Assembly (NCBI GenBank): GCA_965203515.1
Contig: OZ241907.1
Location: 672,001-736,000, forward strand
Reading direction: 5' to 3'
Source: Spirochaetia bacterium
Lineage (GTDB): Bacteria > Spirochaetota > Spirochaetia > SZUA-6 > Bin103
Length of the DNA: 64,000 nt
The position numbers and the translations under genes are program-made. A model generated the notes under the pieces. It ran no database searches, had not been told where the DNA came from, and saw only the letters and a program-made list of their open reading frames with translations. Shown here piece after piece: positions 1 through 8,305 of the stretch (position 1 is its first letter; every line of letters starts with the position of its first letter).

Positions 1-56
1 CGCCGCCTCGCTGAAGACCCTCGAGGGGAGCTGACCCGGGAGCATCGGTGCGGCGG

Positions 57-674
57 TCATGAAAGCCGCCGGTCGAGGTCGACCGGCAGCGCCGCGCGCG
101 GCTCCGCGAGCGGCCGGCCCGGCGCCGGCGGCTCCAGGAACGTCACGCTCTGGTAGTGGTCGTCCAGCGCGACGAACGCGCCGTGCTGCTCCGTCCATCG
201 CCGCATGCCGCGGTTGCAGCTATGCCGCCACGACAGCACTTCGACGCGCCAGCCGCGGCGGCGCATGCGTTCCAGGTCGGCGTGGAAGCCCACGCCGTCA
301 TCGAACCCGCTGCCGTCTCCGGTGAGCATGACCGCTATGCCCGGATCGCCGTTGTAATCGAAGGCGTCGCGCAGCATCGCCGTCTGCAGCGCCTGATCGA
401 CTCCCTGTTCCCGGTGGTGCATCTCACCGCGTTCCAGGAGTTGAACGGTCACGCCCTCGTTTTCCATGCGATTCCAGACGTGTCGCAATTCGGGGGGAAT
501 CGAGCCGACGGCGATGGCATGCTCGATCGGACGATCCGCGCACGCCAGCCTCAACAGGTTCTGAAAATGGATGCGAATCCGGTAGCGGGCCGACTCGCCT
601 TCGCGGTCGATCGCTACCTGTTGCGCACTGATGAAGATGTTGGAGTTGTCCCAGTAGATGAAGACCTTTTCCAT
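57..674 (-). CDS. NYN domain (LabA/DUF88, PIN-like) protein
   Basis: N-terminal 'IYWDNSN', then 'EQGVD', 'LTGDGSGF' and 'GWRVEVLSW' motifs typical of NYN domains. Confidence 0.85.
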   Translation of the reverse strand: MEKVFIYWDNSNIFISAQQVAIDREGESARYRIRIHFQNLLRLACADRPIEHAIAVGSIPPELRHVWNRMENEGVTVQLLERGEMHHREQGVDQALQTAMLRDAFDYNGDPGIAVMLTGDGSGFDDGVGFHADLERMRRRGWRVEVLSWRHSCNRGMRRWTEQHGAFVALDDHYQSVTFLEPPAPGRPLAEPRAALPVDLDRRLS

Positions 675-702
675 AGTGGTACCGGCGAAGCTTTAACCGA
701 AG

Positions 703-732
703 CGAGCCGACCGGCGGGTGCCGGCCGGCTCG
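703..732. terminator. GC-rich stem-loop downstream of the ABC solute-binding gene, possible terminator
   Basis: CGAGCCGACCGGC-gggt-GCCGGCCGGCTCG inverted repeat with 1 mismatch; no clear U-tract. Confidence 0.3.
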
Positions 733-760
733 TGATCGGTCGTCAGACGACGGAAGGTCG

Positions 761-2353
761 TCAGGCGGAGGGGCACTCCGCGACCAGGTGGCCCCACGTG
801 CGGGTCGCCGCTTCCTCGATCGCCGGGCCGGGCCCTGCGTTCCAGCGGTCGATCCAGTCCTGATAGGCCGATACCGGCTTCTGGCCGATGATGATCTGGC
901 CGAACAGCGCCACCGACTCGTTCAGGAAGTCCTGATTGGCGGCGCGCAGGTCGTTGCCGTCATCATCGAGCGAGCTCACGAAGGACTGCGTCAGCATGCA
1001 GACGTTGTTCGGTCCCAGGATGGCGTCCGGGTTGAAGCGGACCTCCTGGACCCATTCGTTCTGCACGGTGTTCGTGTACATCGGGTCGCCCATGAAGTCG
1101 CGGATCGCGCCGTAGCCGAGCGGCGTGCTGCGCGCGTTGACGCCCAGCCCCGTCCCCTGCCGGGCCTCTGAGTCCTCGAACTCTGCGGTCCAGACCGGAT
1201 AGCCGTTGTCGCCGATGCCGCTCCAGTGCGTTCCCTCGATGCCGTAGTTGACCAGGAAGGACGCGTCGCGCTGGTTGAGCGCATCCACGGCCTGCATGAT
1301 CGCGTGCACGCGGTCGCGGTCATCGTTGTTGTGCCGGGCGATGCCGTGGCCGTTGCCGTGCATGGGGTGCCATGCGTAGGTGACCGGGAAGTACCCGTCG
1401 ACCCGCGGCGGGCCGGTGTACGCGAACTCGGCTTCGGGGCTGTGCTCCTTGAGGGTCTTGTGGAACTGCGGATGGTCGAACGGCCAGCCCGGATGCTCCC
1501 AGCCCTTCATGATGGCGATGCCGGCGTCGAACGGCTCGCTCTCACCGTTGACGGTGACGAACTCGGGATCCAGGTAGCCCTTCTCGTACCAGCGGGCCAG
1601 GATCTCCAGCGCCTGGATCATCTCCGGTTGTCCCTGGCTGTAGACCAGCTTGTCGCCCTGCTTGATGAAGCGGTTGTTCGACAGGCCGAACGCGTTCATC
1701 ACCGCGTTGAAGGAGCGGTAGTACTCGGTGTCCCGGTAGCGGGTGCCGTACGAGTACCGGTCGGGGTACTTGGCCTTGTAGGCCGCGAACACCGCCTCCC
1801 ATTCCTCGATCGTGTGCGGGACGTCCATGCCCAGCTCGTCCAGATAGTCCTTGCGCCACAGGTAGCCGTGGCCGTAGTTGGCGTGCTTCCAGACCATCGG
1901 GTAGTGCTTGAGCACGCCGTCGCGCTTGTAGCGCTCCAGCGTGAAGTCCAGGTCGAGCCCGGCGCCGGACGCGAAGGCGGACAGGCCCTCGTAGTAGGTC
2001 GGCATGTGCTCGGCCACCTCGGCGACGCTCAGGTCGGAGGTGCCCTGCTGGATGAGCTGCTCGAACCAGTAGGTCTCGAACAGGTCGGGCAGGTCGTTGG
2101 CGCCGAACAGCACCCGCAACTTGTCCCGGTAGGAGATGCCGCCCTGGCCGGAGCAGGGGATGTGCACCCAGTTGACGCCCAGGATCGCGTTCATCTCCTC
2201 GAGCAGCGGCGTGCTGGTCTCCGGCCAGACGTGGCAGTGCTCGGTCATGTGCGTGATCGTGATCGGCTCGGCGGCCATCATCTCGGTCTGACCCTCGGCG
2301 AAGGCGCCGGCGGCTACCGTCACGCTCAACAGCAGAACCATCAGTTTCTTCAA
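761..2353 (-). CDS. Extracellular solute-binding protein of a carbohydrate ABC importer
   Basis: TTG start after AAGGAG; signal 'MKKLMVLLLSVTVAAGAFAEGQTE'; 'RKDYLDELGMDVPHTIEEW' and 'YGIEGTHW' motifs; lies downstream of two permeases. Confidence 0.9.
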   Translation of the reverse strand: MKKLMVLLLSVTVAAGAFAEGQTEMMAAEPITITHMTEHCHVWPETSTPLLEEMNAILGVNWVHIPCSGQGGISYRDKLRVLFGANDLPDLFETYWFEQLIQQGTSDLSVAEVAEHMPTYYEGLSAFASGAGLDLDFTLERYKRDGVLKHYPMVWKHANYGHGYLWRKDYLDELGMDVPHTIEEWEAVFAAYKAKYPDRYSYGTRYRDTEYYRSFNAVMNAFGLSNNRFIKQGDKLVYSQGQPEMIQALEILARWYEKGYLDPEFVTVNGESEPFDAGIAIMKGWEHPGWPFDHPQFHKTLKEHSPEAEFAYTGPPRVDGYFPVTYAWHPMHGNGHGIARHNNDDRDRVHAIMQAVDALNQRDASFLVNYGIEGTHWSGIGDNGYPVWTAEFEDSEARQGTGLGVNARSTPLGYGAIRDFMGDPMYTNTVQNEWVQEVRFNPDAILGPNNVCMLTQSFVSSLDDDGNDLRAANQDFLNESVALFGQIIIGQKPVSAYQDWIDRWNAGPGPAIEEAATRTWGHLVAECPSA

Positions 2354-2458
2354 GTCATTCTCCTTGTTGTAGTTAGGCGCCACGCCGACGGCGTCGGCCG
2401 TCGCCCGTGCACCTGATTTCGTCGGACGACCGATTGTATCGGAACGTCGCGGTCGAGT

Positions 2459-3364
2459 CTACCCCTTCAGCGAGCCGATGAGAATACCCTTGGCGAAGTA
2501 CTTCTGCAGGAACGGGTAGATCAGCATGGTCGGGATCAGGGAGTAGAGCAGGGTGGCGGAGCGGACGGTTTCGGCCGTGTACCGCCGGTCCTGGGTCTCT
2601 TCCAGGAGCTGCGTCAGGCGGATCTCGGCGGCGATGCCGCCGACCGAAGCCTCGTTCACGTCGGAGATGATGCGGCCCAGGAGCTGCGGGACGAAGATCT
2701 TGCCCCGGCTGATGAAGATCAGGATGTCGAACCAGGCGTTCCAGTGCTGCACGAACGCCATCAACGCCAGGGTGGCGACGATCGGCTTGGACAGCGGCAG
2801 GATCAGGCGGATGAAGACGTAGAGCTCGCCGGCGCCGTCGATGCGCGCGCTCTCGGTCAGCTCCTCCGGCAGGGTCATGAAGAAGTTGCGCGCGACGAGC
2901 ATCCAGAAGATCGGGATGAGCTGCGGCAGCCAGAGCGCCCACATGGTATTGTACATGCCCAGGCCGCGAACCAGCAGGAACATCGGCACGATGCCGCCGG
3001 TAGTGATCATGGCGATGATCACGAAGATCGTGTACGACCGCCGGAACGGCAGGTACCGCTTCGACAACGGGTAGGCGGTCAGCGCCGTGATGAAGACCGC
3101 CAGCACGGTGCCGACCGCGGTGCGGTAGAGCGACCAGTAGTACGCCTCCACCGTCTGGCGCTGGCGAAAGACCCGCTGCCAAGTCTCCAGGGTCACTTCC
3201 CCCGGCTGCGGCAGCAGGTAGAGGCCGCCGGTGACCACCGCCACCGGCGTGCTCACCGACAGGGAGACGTGGCGGGCGAAGGGCAGCAGCACGCTGAAGG
3301 CGAAGACCGCCATGACCAGCACGATTACGGCGTGGCCGATCCGCTCGCCGGCGCGGCGGCGCAT
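2459..3364 (-). CDS. Carbohydrate ABC transporter permease (MalG/LplC-like)
   Basis: EAA loop 'LPEELTESARIDGAGE' and C-terminal 'YPFLQKYFAKGILIGSLKG'; real start lies inside the longer ORF. Confidence 0.92.
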   Translation of the reverse strand: MRRRAGERIGHAVIVLVMAVFAFSVLLPFARHVSLSVSTPVAVVTGGLYLLPQPGEVTLETWQRVFRQRQTVEAYYWSLYRTAVGTVLAVFITALTAYPLSKRYLPFRRSYTIFVIIAMITTGGIVPMFLLVRGLGMYNTMWALWLPQLIPIFWMLVARNFFMTLPEELTESARIDGAGELYVFIRLILPLSKPIVATLALMAFVQHWNAWFDILIFISRGKIFVPQLLGRIISDVNEASVGGIAAEIRLTQLLEETQDRRYTAETVRSATLLYSLIPTMLIYPFLQKYFAKGILIGSLKG

Positions 3365-3369
3365 CCCCG

Positions 3370-4341
3370 CTACCACAACGTATACTCCGAGTAGCGGCGG
3401 GCGATGAAGTTGGTGCCCCACAGCAGGATCATCTGCACGCCGGTGCGCAGTATGGTCACCGCGGTGCTGAACTCGTACAGGAACCCCTCGAAGGCGAGCC
3501 GATAGATGTAGGTGTCGATCACGTCGGCCACCTCGTACACCAGCGGGTTGTACAGGTTGAAGACCTGCTCGAAGTTGGCGGTCATCAGCCCGCCCATGCG
3601 GAGGATGAACAGGATGGTGATCACCGGGATCATGCTGGGCAGGGTGATGTGCCACGCCATGCTGATGCGGCCGGCGCCGTCGATGTAGGCCGCCTCGTAC
3701 AGTTCCTGATCGATGCTGGCGAGGCTGGCCAAGTAGATGATGGTGCCGAAGCCGACCTCCTTCCAGATGCCGGAGATGATGTAGACCGCCAGCCACGGCT
3801 GCGGCTGCACCATCAGGTAGGGCGCCTGCGCGCCGAAGAAGCGGTATACGGCGCCCATCACGCCGGAGCCGGGCGACATGAACTCGACCACCAGGGCGCC
3901 CAGGAACACCCACGACAGGAAGTGCGGGAAGTACAGGATCGACTGCACCGTGCGCTTGTAGGTCTGGGAGCGGAGCTCGTTGAGCAGGATCGCCAGGATG
4001 ATCGGCGCCGGAAACCAGAACACCGTGGTCAGCACCGCGAGGCGGAGGGTGTTGAACACGGCCCGCAGGAAGGCGTCGGGAGCGAGGAACAGCCGGTCGA
4101 AGTGCTTCAGGAGCGGCGTGGCCCACGGGCTCCCCAGGATCCCTTCGTTCACGTCGAAAGTCTTGAAGGACAGGGTCAGCCCGTACAGCGGCAGGTAGTT
4201 GAAGACGATCAGCCAGATCGTGCCGGGGATGAGCAGCAGCAGCAGCGAGCGGTGGACGTAGACGTCCCGCATCCACTGCATGCGGCTGCGGCGGCCCGTC
4301 CGCAGTGCGACGGAGCGGGTGTACGTTGGGGTAGCTCCCAT
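3370..4341 (-). CDS. Carbohydrate ABC transporter permease (MalF/LplB-like)
   Basis: 'SIDQELYEAAYIDGAGR', 'PHFLSWV' and 'DVIDTYIY'; start approximate. Confidence 0.92.
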   Translation of the reverse strand: MGATPTYTRSVALRTGRRSRMQWMRDVYVHRSLLLLLIPGTIWLIVFNYLPLYGLTLSFKTFDVNEGILGSPWATPLLKHFDRLFLAPDAFLRAVFNTLRLAVLTTVFWFPAPIILAILLNELRSQTYKRTVQSILYFPHFLSWVFLGALVVEFMSPGSGVMGAVYRFFGAQAPYLMVQPQPWLAVYIISGIWKEVGFGTIIYLASLASIDQELYEAAYIDGAGRISMAWHITLPSMIPVITILFILRMGGLMTANFEQVFNLYNPLVYEVADVIDTYIYRLAFEGFLYEFSTAVTILRTGVQMILLWGTNFIARRYSEYTLW

Positions 4342-4542
4342 CGGCGGTCGAACCGGACCATAGCAAAGCCCCGCGGACGGTGCAATACCGCAGGCTGAGC
4401 TGCGCGCCCCGCGCCCAGGGCGCCGACAGCCGCCGGATGGCGCGCCGTCCGGCGCGGGCGCGGAGGCCGGAGCGAGCCAATTTGACGCGATCGAGTCGAT
4501 TGAGAGACGATGCGTGGCTCCGAGAGACTGCAGGAGCAACCT

Positions 4543-6363
4543 GTGACCCAAAGAATTCGCAGCGTGGCTCACGGGTTCACGTTGGCCGGACGAGAGGCGC
4601 CCGGCACGCTGGCTCGACTGATCGCGCTGAATACGGTGGCGGGACTGGCGCCGGCCGCGATGCTCTACGTGCAGAAGATCGTCATCGATCTGATTGCGGA
4701 CTTCGGCGAGGCGGGCGGAGGACTGGGAGCGCTCCTGGGCTCACCATGGAAGCTGATCGCTGCCGGCGCGGTTTTCGTGGCGCTGGATCTGGTGCTGGAT
4801 GGGGTGGAACAGTTCGTCCAATTCGAGGCCGGCACGTTTAGCGACAAGATTACGGCGGGCGCCAAGCGCCTCGTGCAGGCGCACCTGGAGAAATTGCGGG
4901 GAGTCGCGTTGTTCGAGACCCCCAGGTTTCGGAGCCGGCTGAAGCTGGCGGTCGATGCGATTCCGAGCGTCGACTACTTCGGCAACGCGTTGCACTATCT
5001 GTTGTTCGGGTTCCTTGGAGCGGTGCCGCTGATCGCGATGTGCGCGACGTTGGGCTGGTGGGTGCCGCTCGTCACGATCGCGCTTGCCCTGCCGTCGGCG
5101 TACGTGCGGAACGGGATCGAGAATAGCGCCTGGTCACTCAAGGAGGCGCAGGCCGAGACCGCGAAGCGGATGGATGCTTACGAGCGGATGCTGACGACGG
5201 CGGATCATGCCAAGGAGACGCGGCTGTTGGGCATCGGCGACCTGGTGCGGAGCCGGTGGCAGCACGCCTTCGACGGCGCGTTGCGCAAGGTCCTGTGGCT
5301 CCGGGCGCGCAGCCAAAGGAAGGTGCTGGTCTGGTCGTTCGTGTCGGCCGCGGGCGTCAGCGCGGCGTTCTTGTACGTCGTGCGGCAGGGGTTGCGGGGG
5401 ACGCTTTCCGCCGGCGATCTGGCGCTCTATCTCGGAGCGGTGTTTCAACTCAGGCGTTCGCTTCAGTACGTCTTGAGTTGTATCGTCGATATCTTCGCGC
5501 AGGGACTCCGCATCCGGGCGATCGAAGACGTGTTGACCATGGACGACGGGCTGCGCGATCGGCCGCCGGCGGCGCGGCGCGAGTCGACCGCGGGGCTGAC
5601 CTTCGAAGACGTGACGTTTCGCTATCCGGGCTCGGAGGCGGACGCCGTGCAGGGGGTGAGCTTTGGCGTCGCGCAGGGGCGGTCGGTCGCGCTGGTCGGC
5701 GCCAACGGTTCGGGCAAGACCACGCTCGTGAAGCTGGCGTGCAGGTTGTACGACCCGGACGCCGGCGCGGTGAGTTGGAACGGCCGGCCGCTGCCCGAGA
5801 TTCCGGTCGACGGCTGGCGTGCCAACGTCGCCGCGCTGATGCAGGATCACAGCCGCTTTCCGGTCAGCGCGTTCGACAACGTCTGGTTCGGCAACGTTGC
5901 CGCTTCCGAAGACGATCTGGACGGCGTGCGCGCCGCCGCCCGGCGGAGCGGCATCGACCGGCGTATCGAGCGCCTTCCGGCCGGCTGGCGGACGCCGCTG
6001 GCCAAGGAGCTGGAAGGAGGCCGGGACCTGTCCGGCGGGGAGTGGCAACGGCTGGCGCTGGCGCGCGCGTTCTACCGGTCGGAGGCGGCGCTCATCGTGC
6101 TGGACGAACCGACGTACGGCGTCGATCCGGCTGCGGAAGGCGACGTCTGGGAACGGGTGCGCGGCTGGATCGCCGGTCGTACCGCCTTGATCGTCAGCCA
6201 CCGACTGGGGCTGACCCGGTTCGTCGACGAGATCGTGGTGATGGATGGCGGCAGCGTGGTGGAGCGCGGCGACCACGCGTCGCTGATGACCGCCGCCGGG
6301 CTCTACGCTCGCATGTTCGAAACGCAGGCGCGTCCGTACCGCGCGCCTGACGACGGGCCATGA
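4543..6363 (+). CDS. ABC exporter, fused membrane domain and ATPase (paralog 1)
   Basis: GTG after CAGGAG; hydrophobic N-terminal half; Walker A GANGSGKT, signature LSGGEWQR, Walker B IVLDEPT, H-loop VSHR. Confidence 0.9.
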   Translation: MTQRIRSVAHGFTLAGREAPGTLARLIALNTVAGLAPAAMLYVQKIVIDLIADFGEAGGGLGALLGSPWKLIAAGAVFVALDLVLDGVEQFVQFEAGTFSDKITAGAKRLVQAHLEKLRGVALFETPRFRSRLKLAVDAIPSVDYFGNALHYLLFGFLGAVPLIAMCATLGWWVPLVTIALALPSAYVRNGIENSAWSLKEAQAETAKRMDAYERMLTTADHAKETRLLGIGDLVRSRWQHAFDGALRKVLWLRARSQRKVLVWSFVSAAGVSAAFLYVVRQGLRGTLSAGDLALYLGAVFQLRRSLQYVLSCIVDIFAQGLRIRAIEDVLTMDDGLRDRPPAARRESTAGLTFEDVTFRYPGSEADAVQGVSFGVAQGRSVALVGANGSGKTTLVKLACRLYDPDAGAVSWNGRPLPEIPVDGWRANVAALMQDHSRFPVSAFDNVWFGNVAASEDDLDGVRAAARRSGIDRRIERLPAGWRTPLAKELEGGRDLSGGEWQRLALARAFYRSEAALIVLDEPTYGVDPAAEGDVWERVRGWIAGRTALIVSHRLGLTRFVDEIVVMDGGSVVERGDHASLMTAAGLYARMFETQARPYRAPDDGP

Positions 6364-8169
6364 AGCCATGAAGGAGGAACTGCGTAGCGAACTGCGCAGC
6401 ATTGCGCAGGGGATCGGCTTGGCGATCGCCCAAGCGCCCGGGGCGTTCACGCGGCTGTTCGTGCTCAACGCGGTCGGCGGCGCGGCGCCCGCGGTCGTGT
6501 TGTTCATTCAGAAGCTGTTGATCGACGGCATTACGGCCGCTTCGCCGGGCGTCGGTCTGGCGGAACTGATCGGTTCGCCGACGGTCCTGGGCGCGGCCAT
6601 CGGCAGCTTTCTGATACTGAACACGATAATCGACGCGGTAGAGCATCTCGTCTTCTTTTCGTCCAGTACGTTTCGGGACAAGGTGGTCGGGGCGACCAAG
6701 CGCCGCATCCTGCGCGACATAGGGAAGTTGCGCGGCATCCGGCCGTTCGAGACGCCGGCGTTTGCAAGCCGGTTGCATCTTGCCGTCGCGTCCATACCCA
6801 GCATCGATTACTTCGGGAAGCTGCTGCATCAGGTGCTGGTCGGTGCGCTTGCGGTGGCGCCGTTGGCCGCGCTCACCGCTACGCTGGGCTGGTGGGTGCC
6901 GTTGGTGATCATCGCGGCGATCGGTCCATCGATGTACGTGCAGAACCGGCTGGAGGACCGGACCTGGTCTCTCAAGGTGGCTCAGGCGGAGACGGAGAAG
7001 CAGATCGGCGCCCATGAGCGGATGCTGACGGCGTTCGACTACGCCAAGGAGACGCGCCTGCTGGGGATCGGCGGGCTCCTGATGGAGCGATGGCGCACGC
7101 TGGTCTACGGCGCGATGCATCGGATCATCCGCCTCAGAGCCCAGGGGCGGCGCACGGTGCTGCTCTGGTCGCTGGTTTCCGCAGCGGGCGTCAGCGCGGC
7201 GTTTCTCTACGTCGTTCGGCAAGGGCTGCGCGGGATGATGTCGGCCGGCGACCTGGCGCTCTACATCGGAGCGGTGTTTCAATTTCGTCGCAATCTCTTC
7301 CTGTTGATCTCGTCATTCGTCGAGCTTCGTGCGCAGGGATTTCGGGTGCGGGCGATTCAGGACGTGCGGGAGATGGACGACGGGCTGCGCGATCGGCCGC
7401 CGGCGGCGCGGCCTGAGTCGACCGCGGGGCTGACCTTCGATGAGGTGACGTTTCGCTATCCCGGCTCGGAGGTCGACGCCGTGCGGGGAGTGAGCTTTGG
7501 CGTCGCTCAGGGTCGGTCGGTCGCGCTGGTCGGCGCCAACGGTTCGGGCAAGACCACGCTGGTGAAGCTGGCGTGCCGGTTGTACGACCCGGACGGCGGC
7601 GCGGTGAGTTGGAACGGCCGGCCGCTGCCCGAGATGCCGGTCGACGGCTGGCGTGCCAACGTCGCCGCGCTGATGCAGGATCACAGCCGCTTTCCGGTCA
7701 GCGCGTTCGACAATGTGTGGTTCGGCAACGTTGCCGCTTCCGAAGACGATCTGGACGGCGTGCGCGCCGCCGCCCGGCGGAGCGGCATCGACGGGCGGAT
7801 CGAGCGCCTGCCGGCCGGCTGGCGGACGCCGCTGGCCAAGGAGCTGGAAGGAGGCCGGGACCTGTCCGGCGGGGAGTGGCAACGGCTGGCGCTGGCGCGC
7901 GCGTTCTACCGGTCGGAGGCGGCGCTCATCGTGCTGGACGAACCGACGTACGGCGTCGACCCGGCTGCGGAGGGCGACGTCTGGGAACGGGTGCGCGGCT
8001 GGATCGCCGGTCGCACCGCCTTGATCGTCAGCCACCGACTGGGGCTGACGCGATTCGTCGACGAGATAGTGGTGATGGATGGCGGCCGGGTGGTGGAGCG
8101 CGGCGACCACGCGTCGCTGATGACCGCCGCCGGGCTCTACGCTCGCATGTTCAGAACGCAGGCGCGTCC
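5539..8169 (+). repeat. Near-identical direct repeat of about 0.8 kb (5539-6335 vs 7373-8169) covering both ATPase domains
   Basis: Ungapped alignment by eye with only scattered substitutions. Confidence 0.9.
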
Positions 8170-8179
8170 CTATCTGTAG
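6368..8179 (+). CDS. ABC exporter, fused membrane domain and ATPase (paralog 2)
   Basis: Same motifs as paralog 1; starts 4 bp after it; probable heterodimer partner. Confidence 0.9.
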   Translation: MKEELRSELRSIAQGIGLAIAQAPGAFTRLFVLNAVGGAAPAVVLFIQKLLIDGITAASPGVGLAELIGSPTVLGAAIGSFLILNTIIDAVEHLVFFSSSTFRDKVVGATKRRILRDIGKLRGIRPFETPAFASRLHLAVASIPSIDYFGKLLHQVLVGALAVAPLAALTATLGWWVPLVIIAAIGPSMYVQNRLEDRTWSLKVAQAETEKQIGAHERMLTAFDYAKETRLLGIGGLLMERWRTLVYGAMHRIIRLRAQGRRTVLLWSLVSAAGVSAAFLYVVRQGLRGMMSAGDLALYIGAVFQFRRNLFLLISSFVELRAQGFRVRAIQDVREMDDGLRDRPPAARPESTAGLTFDEVTFRYPGSEVDAVRGVSFGVAQGRSVALVGANGSGKTTLVKLACRLYDPDGGAVSWNGRPLPEMPVDGWRANVAALMQDHSRFPVSAFDNVWFGNVAASEDDLDGVRAAARRSGIDGRIERLPAGWRTPLAKELEGGRDLSGGEWQRLALARAFYRSEAALIVLDEPTYGVDPAAEGDVWERVRGWIAGRTALIVSHRLGLTRFVDEIVVMDGGRVVERGDHASLMTAAGLYARMFRTQARPYL

Positions 8180-8305
8180 CCGCAGCGGTGCCCGCCGGAT
8201 CGAGGGAAGACCTCGACCTTTGGCCGTGCGCCGGACTACGATGGCCGCGGTTCACCGATGTGATGGCAGCCGCGACCGGCCGTTCCGGCACAGGAGAGGA
8301 AAGAC

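Noticed and set aside
1..34. Possible 3' end of a plus-strand gene (…AASLKTLEGS*)
   Set aside because: Too short to identify
738..764. GGTCGTCAG repeated at the solute-binding gene stop
   Set aside because: Only 9 bp, 18 bp apart, and encloses no cargo
2459..4480. 673-aa ORF as a fused permease
   Set aside because: Only the C-terminal part is the permease; the rest overlaps the other permease out of frame
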